Made by a program: the position numbers and the translations under genes. Under the pieces are notes generated by a model. The model made no database searches. It had not been told where the DNA came from and saw only the letters and a list, made by a program, of their open reading frames with translations. From a virus: a stretch of 38,445 bases of DNA. Position 1 is the stretch's first letter. Each line of letters opens with the position of its first letter. The stretch lies in IMG/VR virus record IMGVR_UViG_3300012924_000005; one strand, given 5' to 3'. Shown here piece by piece: positions 33,521 through 38,445 of the stretch.

Positions 33521-33619
33521 GCATCGTGGCGTTAAGCGCATCACATTGATTCGAGCATTGCGTAATGAGCGATCATGTGGTACGCTGATATCAACAACGA
33601 CAAAGAGGGAGATCGAGAG

Positions 33620-33835
33620 ATGTACGAGCTGACCGATGACCAGTACTCCGTAGCCGACGCGATTGAGATCATCCTAAACGCCCATAGCGCCAAAACCTGG
33701 ACTCCCTCAATGATCGCCCGTAAGGCTAGGGTCGACACGGAAACCGCTAGAACCGTCCTGGTTTGGATGGCGGCGCACAGGTACGCCATCGCCCAGGGGC
33801 GAGGCGCCTGGGCGCGGTACATCGCTCGCGGATAA
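33620..33835 (+). CDS. small winged-helix-like DNA-binding protein candidate (71 aa)
   Basis: AAAGAGGGAG is the RBS. MYELTDDQYSVADAIEIILNAHSAKTWTPSMIARKARVDTETARTVLVWMAAHRYA.... Confidence 0.6.
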   Translation: MYELTDDQYSVADAIEIILNAHSAKTWTPSMIARKARVDTETARTVLVWMAAHRYAIAQGRGAWARYIARG

Positions 33836-33858
33836 CGACAAGAAAGAGAGGCATAAGA

Positions 33859-33999
33859 ATGGCGAGTAGTGGATCTAGCAGCAACAGCAGCAACACGCGA
33901 CCAGGAGGCGGCAGTGGCGGAGGATCGAGCAACAGCGGGAACAAGCCCGGAGACGGGCACCGGCCCGGAGGAGGAAAGCCCGGTGGCGGCAAGAGCTGA
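33859..33999 (+). CDS. Gly/Ser-rich low-complexity peptide (46 aa)
   Basis: GAGAGG is the RBS. MASSGSSSNSSNTRPGGGSGGGSSNSGNKPGDGHRPGGGKPGGGKS*. Confidence 0.45.
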   Translation: MASSGSSSNSSNTRPGGGSGGGSSNSGNKPGDGHRPGGGKPGGGKS

Positions 34000-34024
34000 G
34001 GCATGGCGCGCGCCGCACCCCGCG

Positions 34025-34381
34025 ATGGGTGCGGCGCCGCGCGACAACTGGGGGCAGCAGCCTCGGAGCACCCCGCGGCGCCCCCGTCCGCGCCCAGACT
34101 GGCTGGGGATGCTCGGCTTGCACCTCGGGCTACCGGTGGCCGGCGCGGGCCTGGTGGCGCTCCTGAGCTGGCTGGGGAGGCAGCACGCGGCAGAGTCGGG
34201 CTGGGTGTTGATCTTGATCGGAGGGGTGTGGCTCAGCCTGCAGGTCGGACAGCTTGCCTCACCCCGCGCGCCACGTCCAGTACCGCGCCGACGTCATGAC
34301 CTGTCGGATCGACTGCGCGCGAATCTCGCAATACCGAATAACGCACCTGCTGTCGACATGCTCAGCACGTTGTGGCGATAG
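34025..34381 (+). CDS. 2-TM membrane protein (118 aa)
   Basis: The frame was chosen on third-position GC. WLGMLGLHLGLPVAGAGLVALLSWLG and GWVLILIGGVWLSLQVG. The start is uncertain. Confidence 0.5.
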   Translation: MGAAPRDNWGQQPRSTPRRPRPRPDWLGMLGLHLGLPVAGAGLVALLSWLGRQHAAESGWVLILIGGVWLSLQVGQLASPRAPRPVPRRRHDLSDRLRANLAIPNNAPAVDMLSTLWR

Positions 34382-34410
34382 TTGCATCGCATGCATCAGC
34401 GTGATATGCT
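34382..34410 (+). promoter_or_regulatory. possible internal promoter
   Basis: TTGCAT-N17-TATGCT, 50 nt before the GGAGG and GTG start at 34462. Confidence 0.4.
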
Positions 34411-34461
34411 TACATCGTAAGGCAGAGGACGGGAACCGCAAACAGACCCCGGAGGCACCAA

Positions 34462-34689
34462 GTGACCAGCCAGGAAGCCCAACTCATCCACGAGTTCGAA
34501 GACGCCGGCATGCACACGGAGGCCCACGCCCTGTACGTAGCCACCGAAGACACCCGCGACGAGGTTCTGCGCCCCGCGTGGGTAGACGCCAACGACTACT
34601 TCCCCTACGAGCCCTTCGACGGGGACTGTGGCTGCCCGGTACGTGAGTTCAACATCCGGCACGACGACGACTGCGAATATGGGGTCTGA
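34462..34689 (+). CDS. hypothetical acidic protein (75 aa)
   Basis: GTG start with GGAGG upstream. Confidence 0.72.
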   Translation: MTSQEAQLIHEFEDAGMHTEAHALYVATEDTRDEVLRPAWVDANDYFPYEPFDGDCGCPVREFNIRHDDDCEYGV

Positions 34690-34692
34690 GCC

Positions 34693-34911
34693 ATGAGCGA
34701 GCCCAACTACCACTTCACTGAAGGCTTCTACGGCAACAAGTACATGTGGAACCGCACCGACCCCGCTGAGATGTGGCGGGTCCCCGACGAGATCCACGTA
34801 CCCACGGCTGATGACGTGTTCCGTTTCGGCGTGGTCGATGCCTACCGCGATAAGGGCGAGCAGTGGGCCGCCGACAGCGGACACCGCTACGAACGGAAGA
34901 GTGAGCACTGA
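34693..34911 (+). CDS. hypothetical protein (72 aa)
   Basis: ORF track, tightly packed. Confidence 0.72.
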   Translation: MSEPNYHFTEGFYGNKYMWNRTDPAEMWRVPDEIHVPTADDVFRFGVVDAYRDKGEQWAADSGHRYERKSEH

Positions 34912-35162
34912 TGGCTCGCCATCACCCTCGGCTCCACAATGTGTGTCCGTCGCCGGAGACTTGCCGACACACTACCGACTTCCCGGGTGAAGTCTGCGAA
35001 TGCTGCGGGGCGCAGGTACCGACGTTGCTCGGAACCGCTTCGGTTGCCGCCAACAAGCTCGGTACAGACATCGCCGGGGTTTTCGAAATGGTGGCGGCCG
35101 GCCAACTGAAGGCCGAATGGGATCCTCACAATGACAAATGGATGATTTGGGGGAAGCACTGA
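34911..35162 (+). CDS. HTH DNA-binding protein candidate (excisionase/MerR-like fold) with an N-terminal Cys cluster
   Basis: CPSPETCRH...CECC, then LLGTASVAANKLGTDIAGVFEMVAAGQLKAEW. Confidence 0.55.
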   Translation: MARHHPRLHNVCPSPETCRHTTDFPGEVCECCGAQVPTLLGTASVAANKLGTDIAGVFEMVAAGQLKAEWDPHNDKWMIWGKH

Positions 35163-35539
35163 TGAAGCGCGACATCGCAGAGCGTTGGGTGGCCAAACTG
35201 CGGGACCCCGCCGTCAGGCAGGGCCGCTCAATGCTGGGCAACGTCAACGGCTTGCGCTGTTGTTTGGGGGTGCTGTGTGACATCGCTGTCGAGGACGACG
35301 TGATCAACCCACCCGAGCCGTCCCTGGCCGCGGGCCGCGACGATCCCATGCTGCGGTACGACACCGAAACCAGCCTGTTGCCCGAGAGTGTCGTGGAGTG
35401 GGCAGGCATGCGTAGTAAAGGCGGCAGATACCCGGCACCTTCATGCTACATGGATAACGCGCTGTTCCAGGACAACGACAACGGCATGACCTTTGCCGAG
35501 ATTGCCAGCATCATCGAGAGATACGTGGAGGAATTGTGA
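35162..35539 (+). CDS. hypothetical protein (125 aa)
   Basis: The ATG shares its A with the upstream TGA. MKRDIAERWVAKLRDPAVRQGRSMLGNVNGLRCCLGVLCD.... Confidence 0.7.
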   Translation: MKRDIAERWVAKLRDPAVRQGRSMLGNVNGLRCCLGVLCDIAVEDDVINPPEPSLAAGRDDPMLRYDTETSLLPESVVEWAGMRSKGGRYPAPSCYMDNALFQDNDNGMTFAEIASIIERYVEEL

Positions 35540-35739
35540 CCGCCGCCGACGATAGCCTATATGAAAACCTCGACGCACTCGCCGCGAATATGCGAGTAGA
35601 CGACGGAGTGCTGTTCCGCGTGCTTAAGGCGCTGGCCCGTGACGAGTACGGCAACCAGGGTTACGACAATCGCGCGGCTGCCCGGCATTGGCTCAAGGAT
35701 CAGGAGCGTACGCACACTACCCACCCCAGCGATACCTGA
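35536..35739 (+). CDS. hypothetical protein (67 aa), paralog 1
   Basis: GTGA overlap. SLYENLDALAANM...ARHWLKDQERTHTT. Confidence 0.68.
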   Translation: MTAADDSLYENLDALAANMRVDDGVLFRVLKALARDEYGNQGYDNRAAARHWLKDQERTHTTHPSDT

Positions 35740-35745
35740 GAGGGC

Positions 35746-36039
35746 ATGTCAATGAGCGACGCAGATACATGGAATCCGAGCTTGTACGAAGGCCTCGACA
35801 ACATCGCAGACAATCTCTCTAGAGTTGCTCCTCTGGACGTGTTCGTTAGCGTGCTTGAGGCGCTAACCCCCAACAACCTAGCCAACGTGTTCGACAGCGA
35901 CCCTGCGCGACAGACCGTCCGGCGGTGGCTGCGTGACCAGGCCCAGCCCAACACCACGGAGCGCTTCTTTCCGCAGGACGCTGGTGACCGACGAACAAAG
36001 TATCGCAATCTTGATACCGGGGAGACGTGGTACGAATGA
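35746..36039 (+). CDS. hypothetical protein (97 aa; the likelier start 35752 gives 95 aa), paralog 2
   Basis: SLYEGLDNIADNL...VRRWLRDQAQPNTT. GAGAGGG is the RBS. Confidence 0.72.
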   Translation: MSMSDADTWNPSLYEGLDNIADNLSRVAPLDVFVSVLEALTPNNLANVFDSDPARQTVRRWLRDQAQPNTTERFFPQDAGDRRTKYRNLDTGETWYE

Positions 36040-36200
36040 GCCGCTACTCAGGACGGCAAGGTCGTGGCGCTTCACGCCAGGTGCGTGAACTCAAGCGCAC
36101 CCAGGCTGTCGAGCGTCAGGCCGCGTACGACGCCAAACCAAAGCCCATCACAGACAACTTCATTGACGAGATCCTGGCACCGTTTGGAGAATTCGAGTGA
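36036..36200 (+). CDS. small basic protein (54 aa), not in the track
   Basis: ATGA overlap. MSRYSGRQGRGASRQVRELKRTQAVERQAAYDAKPKPITDNFIDEILAPFGEFE*. Its stop overlaps the next GTG. Confidence 0.55.
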   Translation: MSRYSGRQGRGASRQVRELKRTQAVERQAAYDAKPKPITDNFIDEILAPFGEFE

Positions 36201-36463
36201 AGGTCACGGTGACGCTGCTCAAGCCCAGCGGGAAGTACTACACCACCGAGGAGTGGACGGTACCCGAAAGCGTTAGGGACACTAGCCCTATGCGAGGTTC
36301 CTACTGGCGCGAGACCATGGGCCCCTACGACATGGGCCACTCCATCGACTTCCGGCGCATCGATGGTGGCGCAGTGCTGATTGACAGCCAAGAGCCGTGG
36401 GGGTACCCGCACTTGTTCCCTGGCCCGGGGATGCCTGGCGAGCCACCTGCGGGGCTAACATGA
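36197..36463 (+). CDS. hypothetical protein (88 aa)
   Basis: ORF track, GTGA overlap. Confidence 0.72.
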   Translation: MKVTVTLLKPSGKYYTTEEWTVPESVRDTSPMRGSYWRETMGPYDMGHSIDFRRIDGGAVLIDSQEPWGYPHLFPGPGMPGEPPAGLT

Positions 36464-36666
36464 ACGTAACCAGACTGTTCGCGCCGAGTGGCATGCGCAT
36501 CGACCTGACCGACGATGAAGCTAAGGATCTGCTGTGGGTACTGTGGGAAGAGGGTACGTCTGATTTTGCAACAGACTTGCATGATGCCATTTACGATGCC
36601 GCCTATCGCGTACCGGAGTCGACGTCGAGAGGCTCTGTCATGTCATCGAGGTCAACACCGGGCTGA
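36460..36666 (+). CDS. hypothetical protein (68 aa), last gene of the rightward block
   Basis: ATGA overlap. MNVTRLFAPSGMRIDLTDDEAKDLLWVLWEEG.... Confidence 0.68.
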   Translation: MNVTRLFAPSGMRIDLTDDEAKDLLWVLWEEGTSDFATDLHDAIYDAAYRVPESTSRGSVMSSRSTPG

Positions 36667-36681
36667 AGCTGTGACGTGGAC

Positions 36682-36729
36682 TCACAATGAAGCCCGACTC
36701 CGTAACCGCGGAGTCGGGCTTCATTGTGA
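36682..36729. terminator. 21-bp perfect-stem bidirectional terminator between the convergent early-right and late blocks
   Basis: TCACAATGAAGCCCGACTCCG-taaccg-CGGAGTCGGGCTTCATTGTGA. Confidence 0.75.
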
Positions 36730-36736
36730 CGGGAGG

Positions 36737-37087
36737 TCAGGCGGTTGGCGCGGGCGGCGCGGGGGCCGGGTCAGCGGTGTCGATGGAGGCGGTGAAGTCA
36801 GTCAGCTTCTGGGCGATGCCGGCAAACTGCGCCTTCTCGTCATCGCTGAGCTTCGGCGCGACCTGGGCCGCGAAGTCGGCCAGCTCCCGCGACAGGTCGG
36901 TGTCCACCTGCGCGATCTTGTCCGTCAGGTCGCTGAGCATCGTGGCAAGTTCGCCGTGAATGTCTGTCATGATCCGTTCTCCCTCTGTCAAGACCGCCCG
37001 TACCACTAGCACGAGTAGGTGTTCAATTCGAGCCAACCGGTTCAGTATCTCACCGATACCGGTACCGCGCATGTGCTCCTCGGACAT
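36737..37087 (-). CDS. coiled-coil protein, last gene of the lysis cassette (116 aa)
   Basis: The ATG at 37087 shares its A with the upstream TGA. MSEEHMRGTGIGEILNRLARIEHL...DLSRELADFAAQVAPKLSDDEKAQ.... Confidence 0.6.
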   Translation of the reverse strand: MSEEHMRGTGIGEILNRLARIEHLLVLVVRAVLTEGERIMTDIHGELATMLSDLTDKIAQVDTDLSRELADFAAQVAPKLSDDEKAQFAGIAQKLTDFTASIDTADPAPAPPAPTA

Positions 37088-37431
37088 CAGATCCGGCTCC
37101 CATCCGGCCCGACCGGCGCCGTCACCGTACCGTGCGCCCACAGTGTCACCGCCCCGGTGACGAGGGACATCAGGAGCGCCTGCCGCGGTGCGTCCAGGTT
37201 CCAGCCCAGCCCCACGGCCAGGGACAGCGCGGCTTTGGCCAGGCCGACCACGGCAACCGAGAGTCCGTCGTGCACGACGGCGGCCACCAGCAGCCCCAGG
37301 CCAGCCAGCAGCACGGCGTTGACCAGTGACTCGGTGTCCGTCGACCAGTGGAAGGCGAACGCTCCGAGGTTCGCCACCACGATCGTGACGAACGACGCAA
37401 TCAGCGCCGGCTCACGTCCAAAGATCTTCAT
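37087..37431 (-). CDS. multi-TM membrane protein (114 aa)
   Basis: ATGA overlap, with 3-4 hydrophobic segments (LIASFVTIVVANLGAFAF, LLAGLGLLVAAVV, ...). Confidence 0.68.
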   Translation of the reverse strand: MKIFGREPALIASFVTIVVANLGAFAFHWSTDTESLVNAVLLAGLGLLVAAVVHDGLSVAVVGLAKAALSLAVGLGWNLDAPRQALLMSLVTGAVTLWAHGTVTAPVGPDGSRI

Positions 37432-37805
37432 ACGTCCATTCCATTCTCTGCGGGGATCCGTGGCACCCGGAGTCGCAATCGCTCTATCGACATGTCGGGT
37501 TCGTGAATCCAGCCAATCATCCTTGCGAGCGTCCCCCGGGCCGTATTGATATCGTCATTCATCTTGCCAACAACGATGCGATATTGCGCTACCTCGGTGC
37601 GCGTCTCACGCACCTCTTCCCGCGCGGCATGCACTTCGTCCTGAAGCTGATCCACCATGAGCATGGACGCCTCAACTTGCGTCTTCGTGGCCACGGCACG
37701 ATTGGAGGAACTGCTCATCAGCATCCGCGCGAGCGAGGTGATGAGTCCCGCGCCACCCCCACCACCTACGGCAATTGCCGCAACTTCAATCCATCCCGCT
37801 GCCAT
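37428..37805 (-). CDS. N-terminal TM plus coiled-coil protein (125 aa; lysis accessory candidate)
   Basis: The ATG at 37805 has GAGGA 9 nt upstream. MAAGWIEVAAIAVGGGGGAGLITSL is followed by QVEASMLMVDQLQDEVHAAREEVRETRTEV. Confidence 0.6.
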   Translation of the reverse strand: MAAGWIEVAAIAVGGGGGAGLITSLARMLMSSSSNRAVATKTQVEASMLMVDQLQDEVHAAREEVRETRTEVAQYRIVVGKMNDDINTARGTLARMIGWIHEPDMSIERLRLRVPRIPAENGMDV

Positions 37806-38220
37806 TCGATCCGTCCTCTGCATGCCTGATCTTTTTCAGATCGTGGTTGATTTGTAATATCCTCCACCCACACGCAACTCCCCAGATCGCAGCGAGTCCA
37901 AATCCGATCGACACCCGACGCGTCGCGGTCAGCCCCGCGACCGCGAAGATGATCATTGGGGCGCCGGCCCCGAACATCCCGGCCCGCTCCAGCCACAGCC
38001 CCGGCTCCGGCCGGGGCCAGAGCAGCCCCAGCGCCCCCAAGAGACCGCCGGCCCCGAACATGGCATACCAGCCCACCACTCCCCAGCCGGGCAGCATGGC
38101 GGCCAGCTGAGGGGAGACCGGCTGGCCGGCGGCGTACGACGCTGCGATCACCATCCCCCAGACCAGCACCATGAACCGCTCGGGGGGGCGGTGCTGGCCG
38201 GTCACCACGATCGGTCGCAT
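37786..38220 (-). CDS. 4-TM holin candidate (144 aa)
   Basis: The ATG at 38220 lies 7 nt after the lysin stop, with GAGGG between them. Four hydrophobic segments. Confidence 0.6.
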   Translation of the reverse strand: MRPIVVTGQHRPPERFMVLVWGMVIAASYAAGQPVSPQLAAMLPGWGVVGWYAMFGAGGLLGALGLLWPRPEPGLWLERAGMFGAGAPMIIFAVAGLTATRRVSIGFGLAAIWGVACGWRILQINHDLKKIRHAEDGSNGSGMD

Positions 38221-38227
38221 GACGCCC

Positions 38228-38445
38228 TCAGCCGGCGGCTGCGGCGGCAAAGACCTGACGGACGGCGGTAGTCACTGCGCTGGCTACCCCGGCAGCCACG
38301 TCGGCCGGCAGCGCGGCCACCACCCGGGCCGCGAGTTCGTCCGCGTGCGCGGCCAGGGCGGCGGCGGCCCCGGCATCCGCCGCAGCGGTGATCGCGGCCA
38401 ACTCCTCCGGCCCGATGTCGACTTTGGCCGCGATCGCGTTGATCA
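38228..38445 (-). CDS. lysin C-terminal part (Ala-rich helical tail), stop TGA at 38228-38230
   Basis: It reads in frame with 1-772 through the repeat: ...ELAARVVAALPADVAAGVASAVTTAVRQVFAAAAAG*. Joined length is about 288 aa. Confidence 0.7.
   Translation of the reverse strand, partial: INAIAAKVDIGPEELAAITAAADAGAAAALAAHADELAARVVAALPADVAAGVASAVTTAVRQVFAAAAAG
38323..38445. repeat. terminal direct repeat copy 2 (identical to 1-123)
   Basis: Exact 123-nt match to the window start, read by eye. Confidence 0.95.

Overview
The window is one complete, GC-rich, siphovirus-type phage genome with an HK97-type capsid module and a long tape measure. It looks actinobacteriophage-like. The first 123 nt recur exactly as the last 123 nt, so the unit length is 38,322 bp. 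The break point lies inside a lysin gene.

Three transcription blocks can be read from gene orientation, promoters and hairpins:
- Late leftward block, about 23 kb (21514 down to 769, then across the junction 38445 down to 36737). It runs small and large terminase, a small membrane ORF, a portal-MuF fusion, a ClpP-like protease and the major capsid. Six extra ORFs follow, including a 570-aa Ala/Gly/Thr repeat protein. Then come head-tail joining genes, two paralogous tail-tube-like genes, a chaperone, the tape measure, tail-tip proteins, an LAS/M15-type lysin and four small lysis-cassette ORFs, three of them predicted membrane proteins.
- Leftward early block (25461 down to 21593): an RHH protein, a primase-polymerase/helicase, an iteron-rich non-coding stretch, RusA and two ORFs.
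- Rightward early block (25542 to 36666), starting at a perfect TTGACA-N16-TATAAT promoter. It holds about 30 mostly small ORFs, an SF2 helicase and a Cas4/RecB-like nuclease.

I found no integrase, CI-type repressor, DNA polymerase, CRISPR array or canonical cloverleaf tRNA by eye.

The most unusual signals are:
- A family of at least five 66-70-nt tRNA-like elements (textbook T-arm plus a covarying acceptor stem, but one long hairpin instead of D and anticodon arms). Four lie in a 720-bp non-coding island (31302-32020) and one sits 6 nt after the major capsid stop codon.
- A dense CCGGAAT iteron array flanking an AT-rich spacer just downstream of the primase-helicase gene, a putative origin.
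- An antisense, strongly acidic 95-aa gene with its own perfect consensus promoter and a bidirectional terminator.
- An unusually large gene insertion between the capsid and connector genes.

All functional calls come from motif recognition by eye. No database search was run.
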